A DNA stretch of 64,000 nucleotides from an uncultured Eubacteriales bacterium (GTDB lineage Bacteria; Bacillota; Clostridia; Oscillospirales; CAG-272): the NCBI GenBank assembly GCA_900546695.1, contig URDX01000009.1:1271-65270 (forward strand), in the 5' to 3' direction. The translations under genes were made by a program, and so were the position numbers. The notes beneath the pieces are model-generated. The model saw only the letters and a program-made list of their open reading frames with translations, did no database searches and had not been told where the DNA came from. This document shows, piece by piece, positions 9,941 to 18,967 of this stretch (positions are counted from its first letter, which is position 1; every line of letters starts with the position of its first letter).

Positions 9941-11386
9941 TCAAGTACCCCGAGCTGTTTGTCGGAGCCTCGCTGTTATCCGCGCGCCGTCGATGCCATC
10001 TATGTATGCGGTCAGCTCGCGACCGCGCAGACGGCGGAAGTCGGTCTTTTCCGTGCCGCCCGACGGCGACGCCGCTTCTGCATTGACTGAGGTGTCGTCC
10101 GACGGCGCTGCTTTGTCAATCAGCCTTGTCGCTTCGCCCGCCGTCATGCGGACCGATGTCTCGAAAAATTCCTCGCTGTGCCCTGTGAGAACAACGTCGT
10201 CTCCGTCCGTCTGTACTCGCTCGACGAGCAGCCGCACCGCGGTTTTCTCCGCCGCGAGGCGCGATATCTCTCTGCGCTGCCGCTCGCCGCTGTCGTGCAT
10301 AAGAGCGGCTACACGCTCCTTTGCCGTCTGTGACTGTATCTGATTCGGCATGTCTGCCGCCTCTGTGCCTTCGCGGCGCGAGTAGGGAAAAACATGCAGA
10401 TGGAAAAAATCAGCCTCCGCGAGAAAGCTCCGCGTTTGCTCAAAGTCCGCATCGCTCTCACCCGGGAATCCGCAGATGATGTCGGCGGAGAGCCTGAGCG
10501 CGGGTATCCTCTCCCGCATGAGCTGCAGCCGCTCGAGCACCTGCGCGGTGTTGTATCTGCGGCGCATAGCTGCGAGCGTTCGGTCACAGCCGCTCTGCAT
10601 CGAGAGATGAAAATGCGGCATGGTATGCCTGCAGGCAGCATAGGCATCGACAAAATCCGCGCGTATGAACGACGGATCGAGCGAACCGAGCCTGATTCGA
10701 AGTATACCGTCTATCGCGTCAAGCCGCTTGATGAGCTCGGCGAGCCCGTACGAATATGCGCTAAGCTCTATGCCCGTAAGCACTATCTCGGGACTGCCTC
10801 CGCGGACAAGCGCTCCCGCCTCCGCCGTAACATCGTCGGGTGCTTTGCATCGGATATCACCGCGCAGCTTCGGTATGATGCAGTATGCGCAGTTTGAGCG
10901 GCAGCCGTCCTCTATCTTTATATACGAGCGCAGACGACCGAAGGACGATACGCTCATGCTCTCGAACGGTGCGCCCGAAAGATCGGTACCCGTCGGCTTA
11001 TCCGTGCCCGCATCCGATGCCGCAAGCAGCGCCGCTTCAAGCTTGCTGCGATTTCCGACGACCGCGCGCACGCCCGGCAGACCCGCATACGCCTGCGGAT
11101 GATTCTGAGCCGAGCAGCCCGTGACGTAGAACGCTGCATCGGGGTTATTCTTTATCGCTCTGTGCACCGTCTGACGTGACTTGAGGTCGGACATCGCGGT
11201 GACCGAGCAGGTATTTACTATGACGGTATCGCAGCCGCCGACCGATGCATCCTCCGACAATGAAACGGAAAAGCCCGCCTCGCGCAGCTTTGCTGCGATA
11301 GCCTCGCTCTCGTAGTGATTCACGCGGCAGCCGAGGGTTAGTATCAGTGCCGAGCGGCGTTTTTTTGCGCCCGCATATTCACTCAT
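9941..11386 (-). CDS. mtaB: tRNA t6A37 methylthiotransferase (radical SAM, MiaB-like)
   Basis: Start at 11386 (MSEYAGAKK) with a GGAGGG RBS. Motifs: TLGCRVNHYESE, VNTCSVT, and radical-SAM CRSNCAYC. The C-terminal TRAM-like region carries a low-complexity insertion. Confidence 0.75.
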   Translation of the reverse strand: MSEYAGAKKRRSALILTLGCRVNHYESEAIAAKLREAGFSVSLSEDASVGGCDTVIVNTCSVTAMSDLKSRQTVHRAIKNNPDAAFYVTGCSAQNHPQAYAGLPGVRAVVGNRSKLEAALLAASDAGTDKPTGTDLSGAPFESMSVSSFGRLRSYIKIEDGCRSNCAYCIIPKLRGDIRCKAPDDVTAEAGALVRGGSPEIVLTGIELSAYSYGLAELIKRLDAIDGILRIRLGSLDPSFIRADFVDAYAACRHTMPHFHLSMQSGCDRTLAAMRRRYNTAQVLERLQLMRERIPALRLSADIICGFPGESDADFEQTRSFLAEADFFHLHVFPYSRREGTEAADMPNQIQSQTAKERVAALMHDSGERQRREISRLAAEKTAVRLLVERVQTDGDDVVLTGHSEEFFETSVRMTAGEATRLIDKAAPSDDTSVNAEAASPSGGTEKTDFRRLRGRELTAYIDGIDGARITARLRQTARGT

Positions 11387-11607
11387 GCCGTGCCCTCCGT
11401 TTATTTTCACCGCGTTTTGTCGGCAATAATACACGATCGCAGACGACTGACAGCCGCCCCGACCGTGCCTTGTCCGAGATGCAATTAATATTACATATTA
11501 TATCATGACTCGCTCTTTTTGTCAACAACGGCGGACCGCACAAAGCTCTCCCTGAAACACCAAAAAAAACAAAAGAAAACGACTATAGGTGACTTTGTTT
11601 GTCATTG

Positions 11608-11636
11608 TTGACAAATGAGAAGGATGTGTGTATAAT
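11608..11636 (+). promoter_or_regulatory. Sigma-A type promoter for the CHAP-dockerin gene
   Basis: TTGACA (11608-11613), a 17-nt spacer, then TATAAT (11631-11636). Confidence 0.55.
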
Positions 11637-11691
11637 TGTGTCGTAAACTGCGGCACTCGTGTGAACGTATTGTCGAACGGAGGAGATACAG

Positions 11692-14406
11692 ATGCATAAA
11701 AAGCGCATATCACGGGTGATCTCGATGCTTCTTGCGGCGGCGATGCTGTTATCTTTTCAGGGACTGACGGTATCTGCTACGCAGAACAGGGATTCCTACT
11801 TTTCAAAGAACTACACTCTGACCGGAAATATCCGTGACGACATTGTTGCGGTTGCAGCAGCGCAGAACGGCAAGACAAAGGCGCAGCTCGGCTTTACCGA
11901 GGCATGGTGCGCGAACTTCGTCTGCGGCTGCGCAGCGCTTGCGGGTATACCGAATTTCCCGCGCAACGGCAGCTGCGATCAGCTTATCGTTCTGCTTAAA
12001 AAATGGGGCGGAAAATGGTATGCTTATAATTCGGATTATGTTCCGAAGAAGGGTGATATCGTATTCTTCTCAAGTAAAGGAAATACCTCCGACGATTCGA
12101 CGCATGTCGGCATCATATATCAGGACGGCTTTGCAGCGAAAAATACGGTAAAGACGGTTGAGGGCAACACGAGCGGCGTTACAAGCTCGTGCGTCAATAT
12201 CAAAAACCGCGCGGTCTACGGCTCGCTGCCGATAATGGGCTACATATCGCTGACGGGAGAGGGAAGCGGTTCGACCGCAAGCACCGACCCCGCCGATTAT
12301 ACCGTTCCGACGAGAACGCTCTACTACGTTTCGGGCTCGCTTATGAACGGCTCGGATGTTTCGTGGCTGCAGGCGATACTCACCCAGCTCGGCTATAAGC
12401 TCGATATTGACGGCTGGTTCGGCAGCGGAACCGACAGCGCCGTTCGCGCTTTTCAGACCGATGCGGGGCTTGATGTCGACGGTAAGGTCGGACCCGCTAC
12501 CCGCGCCGAGCTCATCTCGCGTTATGAAGCGCTCTCGCACACGCATGATTACGCCGAGATAGTTTTCGATGAATACAATCACGGATGGCGCTGCTCCTGC
12601 GGCACGACGACGCAGCCGTATCCGCACACGTTTTCGGGATGGTCGGTAACGACCGAGCCGACAAAGACCGAGGCGGGCGCTCAGAAGCGCGCATGCACCG
12701 TCTGCGGCTTTGAGGAGACGCAGATACTGCCCGCAAAGGGCGAGGACGGTAGGACGGAGGTGTCGTCGAGCGTTGTAAAGCGCTTCACCCCGACCCTTGA
12801 CGGTCTGCTCGACCCCGAATATCTCGACAGTGCGAGTCTGACGCTGACGGGCGGTTCGATTTCGGTCACAACGTACGTTACATGGGACGACGGCTGCATG
12901 TACATCTGCTCGGTCGTTACCGACGACGATGTAGTGTCTGCGGGACCGCAGTTCTACGGAAAGCTCAGCGGCTATTCGCAGACGATGCTCTGGACCGATG
13001 CGCTTGCGTATGACATCAATTACAGAGGTTGGATAGGAACCGACGCAAACGGCTATGCGCTGTTTGCGGGCGACGGCACGACGGGCACGGGGATACTTGC
13101 GCCGAAGGACGGCGATATCACCGTAAATAAGAAATATGTGCGCGCGACAAGAACGTCCGTCGGCTATATATCGGAGGTCTGCATCCCGCTGACCGACGGC
13201 TCGCTCGTCGCGGGCGCGGAGCAGAGCTTTAAGCTGTATGCGTTTGACGCTGCGGCGGGCTCTGCCTTCACGGCGGACGGCGTTGCCTCCGCGTTCTCGT
13301 CGTTTGATACCACCGTTTCGCTGACGCTCGACAACTCCGCGCCTGTGCTGAAAAGCTCGAATCCCGCGCTTTACGGCGGTACGGGCAGCGCGCTCACGAC
13401 CGACGGCGGCAGCAGCTATACAAGCACGGGCGAGGCGATAATCCTTAAGCGTCCTGAAGGGCTTGAGGCGGGCAATGCTGCGCTTGATGCGGCATACCGT
13501 TCGTCGTACAGCCTTTCGTTCACCGAGACGCAGTACGGCAGAACGCTTTCGGGCACTGCATACTATCTGTGGGATGCAAGCTATCTGTATATCTACGCTC
13601 AGATAAACGACCCCGACCGCTTCGCGCAGATATACAGTCTCGACGACCCGATAAAGAACGACCTTGCGGTGTTCCGTGTTTTCCCGTCGGACGGCAGCTC
13701 ATGGGCGCGTATCGGAGTTAATGCTACCAATACGGTCGCCCCACAAAATAATCCCGTGACCTCGCAGGACGGTTATGCATATGTAATTCAGCAGAGCGGT
13801 ACTGCTGCGGGCGCGTGCTCGAGCAACGCTTCAGGAAAGTCAATGAGCAGCTCTATAAAGGAGAACAACGAATTCTATATGACCCGTCTCGGAGCGGCGG
13901 ATGAGGGATACTTTGTTGAGCTCAAGGTTCCCATGAACAGCTCTACGCTTAAAAAGGATGCTTCTATCCTTCTTTCGTTCGGTGCGATAGACGTTAACGG
14001 CGCTAATGTATATGAGTACGGCGCGAGCGGAACATATGACCCCGTTGTTACGGTCAAGCTCTCGTCGACCGTTGCGTGCGGACACCGCTTCACGCAGAAG
14101 GTGACGGCTGAGCCGTCTGAAGGCGTTGCGGGCAGCAGAGCTTTTGTCTGTGACGGCTGCGGAGAAACGCTCTCGAGCGTTGAGCTACCCGCGCTTCCGC
14201 TTCCTATGGCGGGAGACGTTAACGGCGACGGCGTTGTGGACAGCGACGACGCGATATATCTGCTGCGCTACACCTTCAATCCCGATTCGTATCCGCTTCA
14301 CGCCTCGGGCGACGTCGACGGCAGCGGCAGCATAGACAGCGACGACGCAATATATCTGCTTCGCTATACCTTCGATTCGGAACTTTTCCCGATAATGTCG
14401 GATTGA
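11692..14406 (+). CDS. Secreted CHAP-domain peptidoglycan hydrolase with a PG-binding domain, CBM9-like modules and a C-terminal dockerin
   Basis: Signal peptide MHKKRISRVISMLLAAAMLLSFQGLTVSA. CHAP-like segment: TEAWCANFVCGC...GDIVFF...THVGIIY...EGNTS. PG_binding_1 segment: WLQAILTQLGYKLDIDGWFGSGTDSAVRAFQTDAGLDVDGKVGPATR. C-terminal dockerin: GDVNGDGVVDSDDAIYLLRYTF...GDVDGSGSIDSDDAIYLLRYTF. Confidence 0.75.
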   Translation: MHKKRISRVISMLLAAAMLLSFQGLTVSATQNRDSYFSKNYTLTGNIRDDIVAVAAAQNGKTKAQLGFTEAWCANFVCGCAALAGIPNFPRNGSCDQLIVLLKKWGGKWYAYNSDYVPKKGDIVFFSSKGNTSDDSTHVGIIYQDGFAAKNTVKTVEGNTSGVTSSCVNIKNRAVYGSLPIMGYISLTGEGSGSTASTDPADYTVPTRTLYYVSGSLMNGSDVSWLQAILTQLGYKLDIDGWFGSGTDSAVRAFQTDAGLDVDGKVGPATRAELISRYEALSHTHDYAEIVFDEYNHGWRCSCGTTTQPYPHTFSGWSVTTEPTKTEAGAQKRACTVCGFEETQILPAKGEDGRTEVSSSVVKRFTPTLDGLLDPEYLDSASLTLTGGSISVTTYVTWDDGCMYICSVVTDDDVVSAGPQFYGKLSGYSQTMLWTDALAYDINYRGWIGTDANGYALFAGDGTTGTGILAPKDGDITVNKKYVRATRTSVGYISEVCIPLTDGSLVAGAEQSFKLYAFDAAAGSAFTADGVASAFSSFDTTVSLTLDNSAPVLKSSNPALYGGTGSALTTDGGSSYTSTGEAIILKRPEGLEAGNAALDAAYRSSYSLSFTETQYGRTLSGTAYYLWDASYLYIYAQINDPDRFAQIYSLDDPIKNDLAVFRVFPSDGSSWARIGVNATNTVAPQNNPVTSQDGYAYVIQQSGTAAGACSSNASGKSMSSSIKENNEFYMTRLGAADEGYFVELKVPMNSSTLKKDASILLSFGAIDVNGANVYEYGASGTYDPVVTVKLSSTVACGHRFTQKVTAEPSEGVAGSRAFVCDGCGETLSSVELPALPLPMAGDVNGDGVVDSDDAIYLLRYTFNPDSYPLHASGDVDGSGSIDSDDAIYLLRYTFDSELFPIMSD

Positions 14407-14426
14407 TAATGCCCGGATAAAAAAAT

Positions 14427-14467
14427 AAGACCGATGAGCAGCCTGTTCGGTTATGCTCATCGGTCTT
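14427..14467. terminator. Bidirectional intrinsic terminator between convergent genes
   Basis: Perfect 14-bp stem, AAGACCGATGAGCA (14427-14440) with TGCTCATCGGTCTT (14454-14467). AAAAAAAT lies upstream and a T-rich stretch downstream. Confidence 0.75.
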
Positions 14468-14568
14468 ATCTTACTATTTGTATATTATTTGTTGCCCGTC
14501 ACATGAGTTGATTCTGCTCGGCGGCGGACGCAGATTTCGTCGGCACGGCTCGTGCTCGCAGACCGTGC

Positions 14569-16758
14569 TCAGACGGTCACACCCGATGCGGGCAGCTTTG
14601 TCTTACGCAGACGCTTTGCGTCGGGAACGGTCGTCAGATCGGTTGTTGCGGATATCACGCGATCGCCCTTTTTAAGATTGATGACAATCGCGCCGCGGCT
14701 CGTGCGGGTCGTCTTGAACGCGACAGCCGAGCTGTCGAACACGATGCCCTTGCCCGATTCGGTGCGCAGCAGCAGCTCTATCGGCTCGGTCACGTAGAAG
14801 ACAGCGACAAGCGGCGAATGGTCGGAATAGCCTCCCGTGAGCTTTCTGCGGTTTGATTTTGTGCTGTATGCGAAGGCGGGGATACGCACGCATGCGCCGT
14901 TCTCGTACACAAGAACGATGCTGTGCGACTCGCAGTCGCGCTCGAGACGGCACATCGCAACGGCGCGTTCACCGCTGTCAAAGCCGAGCTTTGCGGGAAC
15001 ATAATCGCCGAGCTCGCCCGAACGCAGCAGATCAAAGTCGCGCACATGCGCCTTGTATACCTGCGCGCGGTCGGAGAAGAACAGCAGCTCGTCAGAGTCG
15101 GTCGCGTCGAATTCGCGCTCTATCTCGTCGCCCTCCTTGAGCTTCTGCGAGTCGGTCGCCTTGAGCGAGCGCATGCTTACCTTCTTGAAGTAGCCCTCAC
15201 GTGTGAACATGACGTGATTTACCGTCGTATCCTCGGGCTCGACGAGCACGGGCTCTACCAGCTCATCCTCGTAGATTAGCTGCGTCTGACGCGGCTTTGC
15301 GTATTTCGACTTTATCTCGCGCAGCTGCTTTGCGATATAACTCTTGAGCTTGCGCTCGCTCGAGATTATCTCCTCGGTCGATGCAATCTTTTCCTCAAGG
15401 TCGCGTATATCCTTCATGCGCAGCAGCAGATATTCGCGGTTGATATTGCGCAGCTTTATCTCTGCGACGAATTCCGCCTGATCCTCGTCAATGTCAAAGC
15501 CCGAGCAGAGATTCGGTATGACGTCCGCATCGCGCTCCGTGCCGCGGATTATCTTTATCGCCTTGTCGATATCGAGGATAATTTTGCCCAGACCCTGCAG
15601 CAGATGCAGCTTTGCTTTCATTTTTGAAAGGTTGTAGCTAAGCTCGCGACGTACGCAGTTCATGCGGAAGCGTATCCACTCGGTCAGTATCTCGCCTACG
15701 CCGAGCAGACGCGGTGCGCCGTCTATCAGAACGTTGAAATTGCAGTCAAAGCTATCCTCGAGCGGAGTCGCCTTGTACAGCTTTGCCATCAGCTTGTCGG
15801 GGTCTGTGCCGCGACGCAGATCCAGCGTCAGACGGAAGCCGCTGATATCGGTCTCGTCACGGAAGTCGGTTATCTCCTTTATCCTGCCTTCCTTTATCAG
15901 CTGCGTCAGCTTTGCGCTGATAAGCTCAACGGTCGTCGAATACGGTATCTGAACGATGTCTATGCAGTTCTGATCCTTGTCGTATCTCCATCTTGCGCGC
16001 AGGCGGATGCTGCCGTGACCCGTGCGGTATATCTCGCGGAGCGTTTCGCGGTTGTAGATGATGTACCCGCCGCCCTGAAAATCGGGGGCAATGAGTATGT
16101 CGAGCAGCTGATCCACCGTTGTCTCGGGATTTATCAGCATCTGCACGGTCGCGTCGCAGAGCTCTGCAAGATTGAAGGAGCAGATGGAGCTCGACATCGC
16201 GACGGCGATACCCTTATTCGGCGAGAGCAGAATATTAGGAAACGAGGTAGGGAACAGCACGGGCTCAAGCATTGTGCCGTCGTAGTTATCGCACATATCC
16301 ACCGCATCATGCTCTATGCCGCCGAATATCTCGGCGCAGAACGGGTCGAGCTTACACTCGGTATAACGCGATGCCGCGTATACCATGCTCGACGAATAGT
16401 GCTTTCCGAACGAACCCTTTGAGTCGATGAAGGGGTGCAGCAGCGTCTCGTTACCGCGCGTCAGTCGAACGAGCGTTTCGTATATCGCCGCGTCGCCGTG
16501 TGGGTTCAGCCGCATCGTCTGTCCGACGACGTTCGCACTCTTTGTCTTAGCGCCCGTGAGCAGCCCCATCTTGTACATGGTGTAGAGCAGCTTTCGGTGT
16601 GCGGGCTTGAAGCCGTCTATCTCGGGTATCGCACGGGAGACTATGACGCTCATCGCATACGGCATGAAGTTTTTCTCGACCGTTTCGGTGATAGGCTGCT
16701 GCCTGACCTCTGCCGCGGGCTGTGTTTCCGTCGGAGCCGTTGTTTTTTTCTTAGGCAT
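14569..16758 (-). CDS. parC: Type IIA DNA topoisomerase subunit A (topoisomerase IV ParC or a GyrA paralog)
   Basis: 729-aa ORF. Motifs: MPYAMSVIVSRAIPEIDGFKPAHRKLLY, RLNPHGDAAIYE, and the active-site region AASRYTECKL. Confidence 0.75.
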   Translation of the reverse strand: MPKKKTTAPTETQPAAEVRQQPITETVEKNFMPYAMSVIVSRAIPEIDGFKPAHRKLLYTMYKMGLLTGAKTKSANVVGQTMRLNPHGDAAIYETLVRLTRGNETLLHPFIDSKGSFGKHYSSSMVYAASRYTECKLDPFCAEIFGGIEHDAVDMCDNYDGTMLEPVLFPTSFPNILLSPNKGIAVAMSSSICSFNLAELCDATVQMLINPETTVDQLLDILIAPDFQGGGYIIYNRETLREIYRTGHGSIRLRARWRYDKDQNCIDIVQIPYSTTVELISAKLTQLIKEGRIKEITDFRDETDISGFRLTLDLRRGTDPDKLMAKLYKATPLEDSFDCNFNVLIDGAPRLLGVGEILTEWIRFRMNCVRRELSYNLSKMKAKLHLLQGLGKIILDIDKAIKIIRGTERDADVIPNLCSGFDIDEDQAEFVAEIKLRNINREYLLLRMKDIRDLEEKIASTEEIISSERKLKSYIAKQLREIKSKYAKPRQTQLIYEDELVEPVLVEPEDTTVNHVMFTREGYFKKVSMRSLKATDSQKLKEGDEIEREFDATDSDELLFFSDRAQVYKAHVRDFDLLRSGELGDYVPAKLGFDSGERAVAMCRLERDCESHSIVLVYENGACVRIPAFAYSTKSNRRKLTGGYSDHSPLVAVFYVTEPIELLLRTESGKGIVFDSSAVAFKTTRTSRGAIVINLKKGDRVISATTDLTTVPDAKRLRKTKLPASGVTV

Positions 16759-16873
16759 AATTCGTTCTACCTTTTCTCGTTAGTTTGTCCGCAGAAGCGC
16801 GGGAATGAGCGTTCCGACCTGCCTTTTCGGGTGATGTCCGATTGTCGGATGCAAATGCACTCTCCTCCGCTCT

Positions 16874-16906
16874 GCGCAAAAGGGCTGTAAAACGGTTTTA
16901 CAGCCC
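16874..16906 (-). terminator. Intrinsic terminator on the minus strand, about 185 nt downstream of the HEAT-repeat gene
   Basis: Stem GGGCTGTAAAA (16882-16892) with TTTTACAGCCC (16896-16906). On the minus strand it is followed by TTTTGCGC. Confidence 0.6.
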
Positions 16907-17089
16907 ATGGGTCCTATGAGATTTTACGCTGAAAATTTCGTGCCGCAGCGTCGGCGGTATGCCTGCATCGACGTGCTTTTGTCGGAATGCTTACGCCGCA
17001 GCGTCGGAATGCTCGCGCCTACATGCTTACATCGGTTCGTATGCGTCGATATGCTTGCATCGACAACGATTTTTCAGACCTGCCGGTGT

Positions 17090-17473
17090 TTAAATGAATC
17101 TCGGTGTGCGCTCCTTGGAGGCGACGGCAGCGTCGAGCAGTGCGCGCTTAACATCAGCCTCGGTCTCGTTTGTCTCAACGAAGTACAGGCGGTCTACCTC
17201 GCGCTTTGTGCCGATGACCTTAAGCGCCTCACATGCAGCGAGACGAATAGCCTTGTCGTCGTCTGTTATCAGCTTCATGCAGGTGTTAACTGCGGTCTCA
17301 TCGCGCTTAATCTCGCCGAGTGCGGAGATTGCAAGCAGACGCAGCGCCTGCTCGTAGCCCTCGTCGGTGAAGTCGGCAATTTTCTCGGAGTTGCCGTCAT
17401 CCTTCCACTTAGCTATCTTTTCCTCGTCGGTCTTGGAGGCGAATATTCCCTTAATTCCGTCAAAAAGTCCCAT
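17090..17473 (-). CDS. Small HEAT-repeat protein
   Basis: 127-aa ORF with an AAAGGAA RBS. HEAT-like repeats: ALRLLAISALGEI and DKAIRLAACEALKVIG. Confidence 0.55.
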   Translation of the reverse strand: MGLFDGIKGIFASKTDEEKIAKWKDDGNSEKIADFTDEGYEQALRLLAISALGEIKRDETAVNTCMKLITDDDKAIRLAACEALKVIGTKREVDRLYFVETNETEADVKRALLDAAVASKERTPRFI

Positions 17474-17568
17474 GATAATATTCCTTTCGTGTCGGTTATT
17501 GTTTGAATCGGTACGGGCGGCGCAGCTGCACTGCCCGCAGAAGTGTGCGTGATACGCTTACTCGGCAA

Positions 17569-18432
17569 TCATACTCCCGAGTAAGCGGCAAAGCCGCCGT
17601 CGACGGGCAGAACAACGCCGTTGACGAATGCGGATGCATCGGCGTCGCAGAGGAAGAGCAGCGGTCCGCGCAGGTCCTCAACCTCGCCGAAGCGACCCAT
17701 AGGAGTTGCAGAGAGAATCTTCTCGGAGCGGGGGGTAAGCGAGCCGTCTTCGTTCATCAAAAGCCCCCTGTTCTGGTTGGTGACAAAGAATCCGGGTGCG
17801 ATGGCGTTAACGCGGATGCCCACCTTAGAGAAGTGAACCGCGAGCCACTGCGTGAAGTTGGAAACGGCAGCCTTTGCGCCCGAATATGCGGGTATCTTGG
17901 TCAGCGGGCGGAATGCGTTCATGCTCGAGATATTGATTATCGTCGGAGCCTCTCTGCCTATCATCTCGCGCGCAAATACCTGCGTCGGGAGCAGCACGCC
18001 CATAAAGTTGAGGTCGAAAACGAAGGAAACGCCCTTGGGATCAAGGTCAAAGAAGGTCTTGATGCTCTCTGCCTCCTCACTGTTTTCGAGGTCCTCGGGG
18101 AAGAGATATTCCTTGTCGGTGGTGCCGCGCGGATTATTTCCGCCCGCGCCGTTTATAAGGATGTCGGGATAGCCGATCTCTGCATATATCTTCTCTCTTG
18201 CAGCCTCAAGACTTGTGCGGTCGAGAACGTTTGCTTCTACCGCTATCGCAACGCCGCCCGAGATATTTATCTCATCTGCTACCGCCTGAGCTGCTTCAAG
18301 ACGCAGGTCGCAGACAGCGACCGAAGCGCCGCATGCAGCAAGCTCCTTTGCAAAGCCGGAGCAGAGAACTCCGCCGCCTCCCGTAACTATCGCGTTCTTT
18401 CCGCTCAGGTCTACATATGTTCTTTTTGCCAT
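17569..18432 (-). CDS. SDR-family oxidoreductase of the YjmF/UxuB-like mannonate/fructuronate reductase type
   Basis: Start moved to the ATG at 18432 (MAKRTYVDLSGK), preceded by AGGAG. Motifs: TGGGGVLC cofactor motif, NGAGGN, the catalytic YSGAK, and IRVNAIAPGFF. Confidence 0.7.
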   Translation of the reverse strand: MAKRTYVDLSGKNAIVTGGGGVLCSGFAKELAACGASVAVCDLRLEAAQAVADEINISGGVAIAVEANVLDRTSLEAAREKIYAEIGYPDILINGAGGNNPRGTTDKEYLFPEDLENSEEAESIKTFFDLDPKGVSFVFDLNFMGVLLPTQVFAREMIGREAPTIINISSMNAFRPLTKIPAYSGAKAAVSNFTQWLAVHFSKVGIRVNAIAPGFFVTNQNRGLLMNEDGSLTPRSEKILSATPMGRFGEVEDLRGPLLFLCDADASAFVNGVVLPVDGGFAAYSGV

Positions 18433-18476
18433 TTCACTCACTCCTGTAATTATCGTTATGTCGTGCGCCGTCGGGC

Positions 18477-18851
18477 TTACTCGACTGCGTAGGCTATCGT
18501 TGTCATCAGCGCCATGCTCGTGCTCGATGTGTCGAGACGGCTGTACTGTACCACTATCGGTTCGTCGCTCTCAAGCAGCACAGAGTAGGGAACATCGCGC
18601 TGTATCGGCTCTCCGTCGTCGCTGAGCAGACGGTCAAGCCTTATATGGTGCGTACGTCTCGCGCCGCACTCCGCGTGATATCCGTCGAGCTCGGGCTTAT
18701 CCTCATAAAGCAGCGTCAGACCGATGTGCGCAGCGCGCTCGCCCGTATTTGTGACGCATATCGCCTCATGGCTTACCTGCTCACCCTCGCCCGAAACAGA
18801 GCTGAGAAATGTGTCGGGTATCAGCCAGACCTTTTTTCCGTATGCCTTCAT
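18477..18851 (-). CDS. ASRT-like protein (sensory rhodopsin transducer family)
   Basis: 124 aa. The pattern W.IP...SHEAICVTNTGERAAHIGLTLLYEDK...ARRTHHIRLD...PYSVLLESDEPIVVQYSRLD...TTIAYA parallels my recollection of the Anabaena ASRT sequence along its whole length. Confidence 0.6.
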   Translation of the reverse strand: MKAYGKKVWLIPDTFLSSVSGEGEQVSHEAICVTNTGERAAHIGLTLLYEDKPELDGYHAECGARRTHHIRLDRLLSDDGEPIQRDVPYSVLLESDEPIVVQYSRLDTSSTSMALMTTIAYAVE

Positions 18852-18967
18852 CTCATATCTCCCGAAAAATATTGTGAAAAATCCGAAAATCGGAGAAATC
18901 CGAAATTTAGGGAAAATCCGATAAACTCCGAATACCTCCGGGCTGCTCGGAGAATTCCAAGCCGCGC

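Noticed and set aside
16907-17506. 199-aa ORF on the plus strand.
   Set aside because: It is antisense to the well-supported HEAT-repeat gene and extends into the repeat-rich non-coding region. It has no RBS.
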